From positions 144-64,143 of the forward strand of contig QIAH01000344.1 in the NCBI GenBank assembly GCA_003225465.1: 64,000 nucleotides of DNA, read 5' to 3'. Position numbers and translations under genes: made by a program. The notes beneath the pieces were generated by a model. The model was not told where the DNA came from, made no database searches, and was given only the letters and a program-made list of their open reading frames with translations. Numbering within the stretch: position 1 is the stretch's first letter; each line of letters opens with the position of its first letter. Of this stretch, positions 1-9,719 are shown one piece after another. The stretch comes from Acidobacteriota bacterium. GTDB taxonomy: Bacteria; Acidobacteriota; Terriglobia; Terriglobales; Acidobacteriaceae.

Positions 1-54
1 GGCTAGATCGGTGGTAGACTAAACCAATCAAACTAAGTTCATTTTCAAAAGGCT

Positions 55-300
55 ATGAAAACAGTAAACATCCACGAAGCGAAAACTCAGCTTTCAAAAC
101 TCATAGAAGAGGCCTCAAAGGGTGAGGCGTTCGTTATTGCCAAGGCCGGTAAGCCTGTCGTAAAAGTTACTGCCCTTAGCACGCCCACCGGTACTCAAAT
201 ACGGCGGCTCGGTTTCATGGCGGGGCAGATCTCTGTGCCGGACGACTTTGACCGCATGGGCAAGGAGGAGATCGAGCGAATCTTCGGCGGTGGTGCATGA
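55..300 (+). CDS. Type II antitoxin, Phd/YefM (prevent-host-death) family
   Basis: 81-aa ORF. The N-terminus MKTVNIHEAKTQLSKLIE...FVIAKAGKPVVKV is typical of Phd/YefM antitoxins. Its stop overlaps the start of the next gene (ATGA at 297-300). Confidence 0.85.
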   Translation: MKTVNIHEAKTQLSKLIEEASKGEAFVIAKAGKPVVKVTALSTPTGTQIRRLGFMAGQISVPDDFDRMGKEEIERIFGGGA

Positions 301-683
301 AACTGCTGCTGGATACACATCTTCTTCTGTGGGCCGCCGGTGAACCCAGGCGGCTTTCAAAACGAGCTCGAACCTTGATCGACAATCCGGACAACGAGCT
401 TCTCTTCAGTGCGGCTAGTTTATGGGAAGTGGCGATTAAGCGCGGGTTGGGGCGGCAAGATTTCAAGGTGGATGCGCGGCTGCTGCGCCGCGGCCTCTTG
501 GACAACGGGTACAGCGAGTTACCAATCATCAGCGATCATGTCGTTGCCACCGAGAGTTTGCCGCCGATTCATAAGGATCCTTTCGACAGGGTCCTAGTGG
601 CACAAGCGACTATCGAGGGTGTTACGCTGTTGACCATCGACTCCTTAGTGGCGCAGTACCCGGGGCCTATCAAGACAGTGTAG
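297..683 (+). CDS. vapC: Type II toxin VapC (PIN-domain ribonuclease)
   Basis: 128-aa ORF with the PIN hallmarks LLLDTHLLLW, SLWEVAIK and PFDRVLVAQA. It has a 4-nt translational overlap with the upstream antitoxin. Confidence 0.85.
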   Translation: MKLLLDTHLLLWAAGEPRRLSKRARTLIDNPDNELLFSAASLWEVAIKRGLGRQDFKVDARLLRRGLLDNGYSELPIISDHVVATESLPPIHKDPFDRVLVAQATIEGVTLLTIDSLVAQYPGPIKTV

Positions 684-1233
684 GAATCTACGCTGCCCCG
701 TTGGAGTGGAGAAGACTGACGCTCTGGTTGTGTGCCAAGCTGTGGCGCTCCCTTGGTGCGTCGCAACTGAGTGGCCACAAGCTAACTCTCACTTCCTAAT
801 CAGCGAAACGATGTCGAGTCCCCTAACGGCCCATCAGTCGAGTAGGTGCCCATCCGAGTTACGGGCTTGTGGGAATTACACGAGAAAAGGGGTTGCGGGA
901 CAAGCCCGGTGTGCCAATTGTGTGCGGGAATTCGTCAGGCAATATGGGCGACAGGAATAGAACGAATGGGTGACTGTCGGACACCCGTAACGGGTCATTC
1001 CCCCGGATTTCGGTGACCCTTTGTGTGTCGGGTGTGGGCTGATTCAATCACCAGATGACCGGCGGCCGGATGCAGCATGGGCCCACGGCCGCTGTGATCG
1101 TTCTCGGAGAAAGAACAGCTAGCCCTTCATCTATCTGCGGTCAGCACAGCGTGTTCGCTATCTATTCGCTACCAGCACACAATGACGTGACATGAATGGA
1201 AGGCGATGGCACAATTGACTAGGGGAAACCGAG

Positions 1234-1515
1234 ATGAGTTCGCAAATCACAAGCCCCAATACCGAAGCGGCGATTCTCTCCCGCGTCATTCAGGTCGAGG
1301 AAGGGGCCTTATCGCGCGGTGCAGCCGAGTATTTGTTGTCCGTTCGCTTTGGCGAACGCGATGTCGCACGCATGAACGAGTTGTCTGAGTTGGCTCGGCA
1401 AGGCAAACTGACCACTGAAGAACAAGGTGAGCTCGATAGCTACCTCCACGTGAGCAATCTGCTGGCTGTCATGCAATCTAAGGGACGCCGCGCCTTGCAG
1501 CACTCCACTCAGTAA
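1234..1515 (+). CDS. Hypothetical 93-aa protein, upstream partner of the HNH nuclease
   Basis: ATG ORF ending 9 nt before the HNH ORF on the same strand. The composition is helical and charged. No recognisable catalytic motif. Confidence 0.55.
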   Translation: MSSQITSPNTEAAILSRVIQVEEGALSRGAAEYLLSVRFGERDVARMNELSELARQGKLTTEEQGELDSYLHVSNLLAVMQSKGRRALQHSTQ

Positions 1516-1524
1516 TCAGACAAC

Positions 1525-1926
1525 TTGAACGCTGATCTCATCCGCCGGGTTTGGGAGCGGGCCGGGGACCGCTGTGAATACTGTCAGTTGCCCTCAGCTT
1601 TTCATCCGGCGCCCTGCCAGATCGATCACATCATTGCAAGACAACATGGTGGCAAGACTGAACTTGAAAATCTCGCCCTTGCCTGTGTCCATTGCAATCG
1701 CTTCAAGGGGCCGAACGTGGCTGGGCCTGATCCTGACACCAGAGAAATTGTTCGCCTTTTCCATCCTCGACGCGACAGCTGGGCGGACCACTTCGTCTGG
1801 GACGGGCCTGAGTTGAAGGCCCGAACACAGATTGGACGGGTAACGATCGCGGTGCTGGTGATTAACGATCCAGAGGTCGTTGCTGTGCGGAGAGCATTGC
1901 AAGACGAGGGAGTTTTTTGGAGGTAG
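1525..1926 (+). CDS. Small stand-alone HNH endonuclease
   Basis: 133-aa ORF with a TTG start. Carries CEYC ... DHIIARQHGG ... NLALACVHCNRFKG, which is the HNH/zinc-finger nuclease signature. Confidence 0.85.
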   Translation: MNADLIRRVWERAGDRCEYCQLPSAFHPAPCQIDHIIARQHGGKTELENLALACVHCNRFKGPNVAGPDPDTREIVRLFHPRRDSWADHFVWDGPELKARTQIGRVTIAVLVINDPEVVAVRRALQDEGVFWR

Positions 1927-2986
1927 CGACCCGAACCGACCACCCAGGTGCCGATGCGCCTAGTCGGGGCCCCGTCCTTGGCACTGCGAGGGGATTAACC
2001 GGTGCGAGTAAACGGCTGGATAGTACAAAAGTCACATCGGGCTGAATTTCTCCAAAAATTGAGACTGACGACACCGCAGCCGGAATCGACCACCCGGAGG
2101 CTTGTATTCGTCACACTTCCGCTCACGCTCAAACTTACCGTCAGCATTGCGAATGCAGCCGCAGGGCCGTCGTCGTTGCAGGGTCTAGCTTGTCTTCTTC
2201 TATCGCGTCGGTCACCTCGCCACATAAATCGGCAATCTTCTTACTCACAGTCTGACCTCGCCAGATAAGTCGGGCTGCCATATTGGATGATGAAAGGTCG
2301 AATTAGTCGCGCACCGGGCTCCCTTCTGTGTGCGAACGGGCCAGCGCCGCATCACCCGTTAACGCGGGCTCTTGATTAAAGGGCTGAGCTGAGGCTAGGC
2401 CTGGTAAGTGGCGTTGAACGATGTGACAACAATCAACTTCGGCGAGGAACATACCGTCACCGTGAAAAATGCAGGTTGGAGCAGTTGCGTCGGCTTTGTT
2501 CAGCGCGGGAAAACCTTGAGCTTTTTGCCAAGTTCCTGCGAGGATCAGGGAGTTCATCCCAAACGACGCTGGCACACTCTTTCCGCTTCTGCTGACGGGC
2601 CTGCTGCTTAAATCCTTGGTGGCCCCTCTCACGATCTGGGTAGTGGCTTGGCTAAAGTCCTCGCGGACGCTTTCTTCTTCTTCGGTGCTGGATGGCGCGC
2701 CTCCTTTTCGAGTTGGTTGGCCTGCCGCTGCGCTTTATCGGACTTGGTTCTCTTTTCTGCCATGTGGACTACCAGACTTGCGGACTCTTGCCGGGCGCCC
2801 CACCCGAGTTCATCTCTATCAACCCCGTTTCTGGAAGAAACGGTAAGCTACATACAGGATTGCCAGCACCACCACGACCTCAAGTACGTTGGTAACTGTC
2901 ATTGTCTTCGCCTCCACCACCTGCATCATTGCTCGGAGTCACTCTGTTGGCAGGAGGCTGCTGGTGGCCTTGCTCGTTTTGCCCGC

Positions 2987-3214
2987 TCATAAGCTCACAT
3001 CTACTGAGAAGCCCCACGCTTCCAACAAATCCAGGGGCACGTACTTATCGTTCTTGTTCCTGCTTACCCATTCTTTGAGAAGGATGGAAGTCCGGAAATC
3101 CTCCGGCGTCAACCTCAGCGACTGTGTGAGGGATTCAAATGACGATGGGCTCGCAAGTAGCGCACTAAATGGCACCGGCCTACACCAGTTGGGGTTTCCA
3201 CGTTTGTTTGACAT
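2987..3214 (-). CDS. Hypothetical 75-aa protein (MSNKRGNPNW... N-terminus)
   Basis: ORF only. The composition looks protein-like, but it lies in an ORF-poor, fragmented region. Confidence 0.3.
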   Translation of the reverse strand: MSNKRGNPNWCRPVPFSALLASPSSFESLTQSLRLTPEDFRTSILLKEWVSRNKNDKYVPLDLLEAWGFSVDVSL

Positions 3215-3690
3215 CGAGTATCTCCAAATCGAAGGACCACACCGACCCGCGCGCGGAAAAACAGCTAAGCCTCGAATTGCTCCCGCTCCGAAGCTTGGCT
3301 AAGCTTTACCGTGTGTGCGGGCCTGGCCACCACATTTCTCTTTTGCAGGCCTTCCATCAGTCGCTCGTCTTCCGCGATCAGTTCTGGGTTACTTTGTCGT
3401 CCGCCGCTTTGGATTTCAAGCAGCCTACGCATCAACTGGCCGAAGTCTTCCATGTCCTCCTCCACTCGTGGGGTCGACGAAACCCCGCTCTTGTTTGAGA
3501 TAGGTCAGAAACGACTGCAGGTAATGGTTGCAAGTAAACTGCTCGCCTTGCTCGATACATGCTGATCTGGGCATGGCAGTGCTCCTTTCGGAAGAAAAAG
3601 CCATCCAGTGTCGCTGTTCTTTCCGCGGGACCAGCAACCGCAGTTCTGTTCTTGCTTCCACAGACGCTCGCGCGATAATGTGGCAAGGTT

Positions 3691-5163
3691 ATGCCTCTCC
3701 ATGCGCGCGAAAAGATCGGGAGAAACGATCCTTGCCCCTGCGGTAGCGGCAAGAAGCACAAGCACTGCTGCCTGCCCGGCTATGCTCCATCTATCGACCA
3801 CCTGTGGGCGCGGCAGCACGAAGAGTCGGACCGCCTGACGCGGGAGATCACCAGATTTGCCTTGCGTAAGTTCGGGGATCTGATCTATGAGGCGTGGCGC
3901 GACTTCAACATGTTCGACGTCCGGAAACCGCTGGAAGAGGCCGGAGACGAACGTCAGATCTTCATGCCCTATTTCTTGTTCCAGTGGAATCCGGACGCTC
4001 GGCGGACCACCGCGCGCGGGCAGGGCGGCGTAGTGGCTCGCTGGTACATGCTGGAGAAGTCGAAGCAGCTAACCGCGATGCAACGGATGTTTTTGGAGCA
4101 GGCTACAACAAAGCCACTGAGCTTCTACGAGGTCGTTTGGAATGAACCCGGTAATCGCATGAGAGTGTGGGATGTTCTGGTTGGCGGAGAAACCGAAGTC
4201 ATCGAGCGATCGGGGTCGCGACACTTGCGGCCGGGAGACCTGCTTTTTGCCCAGATCTGGCACCAGCCGGAACTTGCCGTGTTCGGCAGTATGGCTCCCA
4301 TCTGCATTCCGCCGGACAAGAAGATTGAGGTCATCGAGCTTCGGAAGAAGCTAAAGAGGAGAATCGCCAAGCAGAATCGCTATCTGACGCCGCACGATCT
4401 GCTGCGATATGCGGAGTTGATTCGTGCCACCTATTTGGACATTCGGGATCGGCTATTTCTTCCACCTGTGCTGTGCAACACGGACGGCGACCCGCTGCTG
4501 TTTCACACGTTGACGTTTCGGATCGAGTCGGGGGAAGCGGCGTTTGATGCCTTGGCCCCGCTCGCAATGGGACGTTCCCGAGCGGAGTTGCTCGACGATG
4601 CGGAACTGGGCGAAGACGGGAAGCTACGGAGGGTGGACTTCGATTGGATCAAAGAAGGCAATCGCAAGATCAAGACTTGGGACAACACCATCCTGGGCCA
4701 CATTAAGATTTCCGAGAGGCTTCTGATCGCAGAGGTGAACTCAGAGGATCGCGCCAAACGGCTGCGTAAAGAGATAGAGAAGCGGCTCGGTTCGCTGGCG
4801 GTCCACCAAAGCACCCTCGCCCGAACGTTCGAAGAGATGGGGAAGAATACGCCACAACAAAAAGCCGAAGATGAGGAACTGCGCGACGCCGAAATGGAAG
4901 CGATGTTGCGCGACCCGGAAGTTAGAAAGCAACTGCAGGCCACCATGCAGAAGCAAGTCGAAGGTTGGGTTCACGAGAAGATCCCCGCGTTGGGAGGTCG
5001 TACACCGTTGGAAGCCGTTCGTGATCCAGACGGCAAAGAAATGGTCGAAGCGCTGCTCCTCGATTGGGAGCGGCGCGGCGAAAGCGATGTCTCTCCGAAT
5101 CAGATACGTCCAGACATTGGCGCGCTTCGCCGCTTGCTGGACCTGGCTCCTCGGGCGTCCTGA
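3691..5163 (+). CDS. SEC-C motif (SecA C-terminal zinc-binding motif) domain protein
   Basis: 490-aa ORF. The N-terminal NDPCPCGSGKKHKHCC is the SEC-C metal-binding motif. The C-terminal IPALGGRTPLEAVRDPDGKEMVEALL resembles the Xre/MbcA/ParS (DUF2384) antitoxin-type domain. Confidence 0.85.
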   Translation: MPLHAREKIGRNDPCPCGSGKKHKHCCLPGYAPSIDHLWARQHEESDRLTREITRFALRKFGDLIYEAWRDFNMFDVRKPLEEAGDERQIFMPYFLFQWNPDARRTTARGQGGVVARWYMLEKSKQLTAMQRMFLEQATTKPLSFYEVVWNEPGNRMRVWDVLVGGETEVIERSGSRHLRPGDLLFAQIWHQPELAVFGSMAPICIPPDKKIEVIELRKKLKRRIAKQNRYLTPHDLLRYAELIRATYLDIRDRLFLPPVLCNTDGDPLLFHTLTFRIESGEAAFDALAPLAMGRSRAELLDDAELGEDGKLRRVDFDWIKEGNRKIKTWDNTILGHIKISERLLIAEVNSEDRAKRLRKEIEKRLGSLAVHQSTLARTFEEMGKNTPQQKAEDEELRDAEMEAMLRDPEVRKQLQATMQKQVEGWVHEKIPALGGRTPLEAVRDPDGKEMVEALLLDWERRGESDVSPNQIRPDIGALRRLLDLAPRAS

Positions 5164-5254
5164 GCCGTCAACCTCTCCAACTCCGGAACTCAATAATATG
5201 TGGCATGGACCACAAGCTCAACGTGAGATAACGCCAAGCGGCTAGACCCTCAAA

Positions 5255-5906
5255 ATGTCCTTCTGCAATGAGGCCATGCGGCTGAACCGGTGGATGCGGT
5301 GGCCGTGGGTAGCGTGCTGGAAGGGATCTACCAACGTGAACGGAGTTATCCGCGTAAACGTTCAATTGGTCGATGGCCGCAGTGGAGCCACGAAGTGGGC
5401 GCAACGATACGATCTGCGCAGCAGCAACATTCTGAGCTTTGAAGATCAGATCGCCACCAAAGTCGTGGATGGCCTCCAAGTGCGAATCTCAGCCACCGAA
5501 CAGAAAGCGTTTCAGCAACCCTCAACCACAAGTACGGAGGCGTACGACCATTATCTGCAAGCACGTTTTTACTGGAACGAGTATTTCGTACATTCCAACT
5601 CGGGAAGTCTCGATAAAGGCGAAAAGCTTTTGGTGCGCGCGATAGCTCTCGACTCTAATTTTGCCGACGCGTATGCTCTCCTGGCGGATTTTTACGCCTG
5701 GCATTCCGCCAATTTCGTGGAGAATTCGGGAGAAACCTCAAACACTGTGAGGTCGCCGCACTCAATGCTTTGCGCGCATCAACCCCCAGTCGTTGGAGGG
5801 CTTAGTCGCGCTCGGCGGCGCCTACAGCGAGGAAGGTCGTGAGGCGGAAGCCACCCGCGCTCTCCGCAGGGCGGTAGGGCTCGCGCCCAACCATCAAGTC
5901 GCATGA
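5255..5906 (+). pseudogene. Degraded fragment of a TolB-like/TPR-domain regulator or kinase
   Basis: IRVNVQLVDGRSGATKWAQRYDL ... EAYDHYLQARFYW ... ALDSNFADAYALLADFY continues in other frames (NLKHCEVAALNALR, then INPQSLEGLVALGGAYSEEGREAEATRALRRAVGLAPN). At least two frameshifts. No proper N-terminus. Confidence 0.55.
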
Positions 5907-6723
5907 GAGTTGCTGGGCCGCATTGACCCGACCCCGGGCTTCCCCTTCGGACAGTCAGGGCTGACGGGGAAAAGAAGCAAGCCCGCCCGCCTCCAAATCG
6001 GATTTCGGATGTAAGGGAGAAAAGTTGAAGCGAGATAAATCACCGCCCAGGGACAAAAAAATAGCCAAGAGCCTTTCTCCCCCTGGGGAAGGCCGTTGGA
6101 CTAGTTCCCTGAAACCGGCGAAGTATCTCGCTCCCCACAACACTGCAGCCAAAATTGCGCAGGGGCAATTGCACTAGGGCTTAGTAAGCATGGCACCTCG
6201 GTAATCCGCACAAATGTAACCTAATCGACGACGCGCACGGTTCGGGCCGCCCTGGCTCACCGGAGTCAATGATTATAAACGCCTTCCATGAGAAGGCCGG
6301 TCGGAGTCAAGTAGGTTCCTTTATTTTTTCGTTGGACAAGCTTTTCTCTCCGGCCGAGTCGCCACTGTCGCCACCCTTCCATCCGCACTCTCGATGAGCG
6401 GTTTTCGCTCGGTGCAAGTTCGGCGTTCTCGTTTCAGCCGGTGCTGCCAGCTGATTGAAGTTCTCGATCGGGCGACTCTGCAAAGGCGACATTGTCGCCG
6501 CACCGCTTAACGTGCAGATCTTAGGCGATACACCCAGGGTGGCGCAGGACGAGGACACTGGCGAATGAAGGGTCGACATTTTACGAAACGAAGCAACACA
6601 AGTTGTTGATTTTTCAACACGAAATGAAATGGCAGGCTTCAGAAATTAAGGGCGACAGCTCAGAGCATTCTCGCGCATTCGTCTACTTCGCGATTCCCAC
6701 GGGCCTGTTTCAATTCCCTCAGT

Positions 6724-8286
6724 TCAACGGCCGTTTAGCGGCGGCGTAGATTGCGGTGGTTTGCGTGCGTGCGTCGCCCGCTCGAAGCCGTAGGCGATCC
6801 GCAACAACTGCCGCTCGCTGAACGGCGGACCGAGGAATTCGATCCCGACCGGCACCCCAATCGGCGCGCTCTCCGTCGGCGTGGAAAACCCTGCCGGAAC
6901 GGTAATGGCCGGAAATCCCGCGAGTGAGGCCATGATGCCATTGCGCTCCGCCTGATTCATCTCGCCGATCATCACCGGCAGGCGCTTCTGGTGTGGATAG
7001 AGCAACGCAACCACGTTGTTTTTCGCCATCAGGTTCGCCAACTGAACCCTCAGGTCATCGATCTTGATGCGCCGGTCCTTGTAGTCCGGCTCGTTCAGGC
7101 CATCCTCGTAGCTTTCCGCCGAAGCGAGGAACTTCTCAAGCGAAGCCTTGTGGTATTTGCCCGACGCGATGAGTTCGGCAAGCAAGTGCACGGGAGGGTT
7201 CGGCTGGGCTTTTAGGTAGTTGTTGAACTGGAACTTGTATTCGTACTTTTGCACATCGAGGTCCGAGTTCAGCTTGCCGGTATCAAATGTCGCGTCATCG
7301 ATGTCTACCAGAATTGCGCCCTGCTTCTTGAGCACTTCGAGGACATTGGCCATCACGCGGTTGACCTCCTGGTGGTCGGGGCCGCTTCCGAATAGGGTAC
7401 GCAGCACCCCAATGCGCGCACCCTTCAGGCCATTGCGGTCGAGCGAGGCGGTATAGGTCGCGGGCATCCTGCCGATGCCCAGCGCCGTCACAGGATCATC
7501 GGGATCGTAGCCGGCCATCACATCGAGCATGACTGCGGCGTCGGCTACGGTTCGCGCCAGAGGCCCGGCGGCGTCCTGCGTAAACGAGACGGGGATGACA
7601 CCGGCGCGGCTGATCAGCCCTCGCGTGGGACGAATGCCGACCAAGCTATTGGCGGAGGCCGGCGAGCGAATCGAGTTCACCGTGTCCGAGCCAGTGCCCA
7701 CGGTCGCGAAGTTGGCCGCCAAGGCCGCCCCGGTGCCGCCGGAAGAACCGCCCGGGGTCCGCGACAGCTCATAGGGATTTTTGGTCTGGCCTCCCAGCGA
7801 ACTCGACGTTAGCCCAGCCAGCGCTAGCTCATGCATGTTCGTTTTCCCGAGAATTAGGGCTCCGTCTTGACGGAGCCGTGCCACCGTGAAAGCATCCTTC
7901 GCCGGCTGCATGCCCTTGAGTGCCAGCGATGCGCCGGTGGTGGGCATATCGGCGGTGTCGAAGTTGTCCTTCAGCACCACCGGAATGCACTGTAGCGGCT
8001 TGACCTTAGTGCCGCTTTTGAGCTGCTTGTCCATTGCATCGGCCTGCTCCAGCACCTTGGGGTTCACGTACAGCATGGCATTGAGGGTGGGCCCCTGCTG
8101 GTCGTACGCCTTGATTCGGTCCAGGTACTGCTGCACCAGGCTGTGGCAAGTTAGCTTGCCGCTCTGCAAGCCGCGATGAATTCCGTTGATTGAAGCTTCC
8201 ATGAGTTGAAATTGCTGTCCGGCGGCGCTAGCGACCATAAGCATGCCCCCCACCGCCAGAACGAAACACTTCGCTTCATGACGCAC
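6724..8286 (-). CDS. Amidase-signature family amidase, secreted
   Basis: 520-aa ORF with an N-terminal signal-like hydrophobic segment. Carries the GGSSGGTGAALAANFATVGTGSDTVNSIRSPAS amidase signature. Confidence 0.9.
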   Translation of the reverse strand: MRHEAKCFVLAVGGMLMVASAAGQQFQLMEASINGIHRGLQSGKLTCHSLVQQYLDRIKAYDQQGPTLNAMLYVNPKVLEQADAMDKQLKSGTKVKPLQCIPVVLKDNFDTADMPTTGASLALKGMQPAKDAFTVARLRQDGALILGKTNMHELALAGLTSSSLGGQTKNPYELSRTPGGSSGGTGAALAANFATVGTGSDTVNSIRSPASANSLVGIRPTRGLISRAGVIPVSFTQDAAGPLARTVADAAVMLDVMAGYDPDDPVTALGIGRMPATYTASLDRNGLKGARIGVLRTLFGSGPDHQEVNRVMANVLEVLKKQGAILVDIDDATFDTGKLNSDLDVQKYEYKFQFNNYLKAQPNPPVHLLAELIASGKYHKASLEKFLASAESYEDGLNEPDYKDRRIKIDDLRVQLANLMAKNNVVALLYPHQKRLPVMIGEMNQAERNGIMASLAGFPAITVPAGFSTPTESAPIGVPVGIEFLGPPFSERQLLRIAYGFERATHARKPPQSTPPLNGR

Positions 8287-8443
8287 GCCTTTCCTCTCCT
8301 ATGAGTTCATTGAACATTTAAGCTAAAGGATAACCCCATGACAAGGTTCGCGGTTCCGTTGCTCCCTGTGATTCGAGACCGGCCCCGTCGTTAGCAAACG
8401 AACGCATCACATCCTCATCGCGTTCAGGCGGACACGTTATTTT

Positions 8444-8459
8444 TGTGACCCTTGTCACA
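8444..8459. promoter_or_regulatory. Exact CRP/FNR-type palindrome TGTGA-CCCTTG-TCACA
   Basis: Read directly. It lies in the divergent intergenic region between the amidase (start 8286, minus) and the small membrane ORF (start 8534, plus). Confidence 0.5.
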
Positions 8460-8533
8460 CCGCACTCCTGATTCCTTAGCGCACAATTAGTCGTGGGAAA
8501 GAATGTCTTGCTTTGCCCTCCTGGGGGTGTTGT

Positions 8534-8731
8534 ATGAACCAAGTCAATCTTTTCTTACTCGCACTTGTTTGCGTCTACGGATTCTTTGGCATGTGGGCTT
8601 TCGTGGTTCACGAGTTCCCAGTAGAAGGACCCAAGCCCACTGCCCACGCTCGGCTCATAGTTGACAAGCTCTTGCTTTGGTTTGTTCTTGTTCCATTGCT
8701 GCTTGGCCTCCTCTATATCGTGCTCCGCTGA
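8534..8731 (+). CDS. Small membrane protein (65 aa, two hydrophobic helices)
   Basis: ATG at 8534 inside ORF 8513-8731. Sequence MNQVNLFLLALVCVYGFFGMWAFVV ... LLLWFVLVPLLLGLLYIVL. Confidence 0.45.
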   Translation: MNQVNLFLLALVCVYGFFGMWAFVVHEFPVEGPKPTAHARLIVDKLLLWFVLVPLLLGLLYIVLR

Positions 8732-9021
8732 TTGCTCTCAAGAGTGCGAGCAGAACACGCCTGTGGTATTGAGAATTATGGGCAGACCGGGGGCACGGAG
8801 GAGAGCAGCCCTTAGAGGGGAACGGTGGCACGAAATAGACTTGAGCCATCCCACTGCCCGGCGCCAATTACCTGGGATTGGTCACAATAATTCCATATAT
8901 CCCCAGCCGCGCTCAGACATCAGCGCAACGATAAACTCGTCCGCTGCTTTGTAGGAACGAGAAGGCTAACCATTGATCTCCTCCTGAATCATTGATCTGC
9001 TCCTAAAAAATAGAGAAATTT

Positions 9022-9063
9022 GAGCCGTCATTCCCAACGGGTCCGGTGACGGCTCGTTTTTTC
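9022..9063 (+). terminator. Rho-independent terminator-like hairpin
   Basis: GAGCCGTCA (9022-9030) pairs with TGACGGCTC (9047-9055), followed by GTTTTTT. Confidence 0.6.
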
Positions 9064-9193
9064 TCGTGAAGTTCGAATCCTGCCCATTAATACATCGAAC
9101 ACCGTATTGCTTTCCGCTAGGGATTATTTTGGCCGATGGTTAGGCTTCCGCCCGATATCGTACATACCTTTGTTCTACTAAATTGAGGTCATT

Positions 9194-9415
9194 ATGGAAC
9201 CCATTAATGACGACGAAAATACGGTTCGAAAGCTATGCGCGGAAGCCCATGCAGAACGCAACCGAACAAGACTGAAGGGCGTGCGAAGCCGACTAAAGGC
9301 GTTCTTGCGCGAACACGCATCTCTGCTGATTTCAATGTCGGAAGAGACCTACGAAGCATTGCGACAACGCCGCGGGGCTGTTCGTTATGGGTCCCATGTA
9401 GCGCCCGGCCAATAG
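9194..9415 (+). CDS. Hypothetical 73-aa protein
   Basis: ATG ORF with charged helical composition. No recognisable motif. Confidence 0.35.
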   Translation: MEPINDDENTVRKLCAEAHAERNRTRLKGVRSRLKAFLREHASLLISMSEETYEALRQRRGAVRYGSHVAPGQ

Positions 9416-9719
9416 CCGCGCTAGGCAGCAAAGCCGGCGTCAATCTTCTTCATGCACTCTTCGAGTGCTGCGTTGGCCGCGGTCCCGTGCGTGAGAAATT
9501 GTTGCTCCGACATAGGAAACGGTTCCTGTGGGATGGGCGCGTCTGCTTTTCTGATACCTGCCATCGTTGGTAAGCGTTCGGTTGTGACCGTCTCGACAAC
9601 CCCTAAAAGAGAGCCATTCTCGCGAAGAGGACACTTGGGGATACGTGTCCACTTGGAGCAGAGATGGACACTTGGCGGCAGGTGCCAGAAGCGATCAGCG
9701 GTTTTTCCCCATGATTAGG

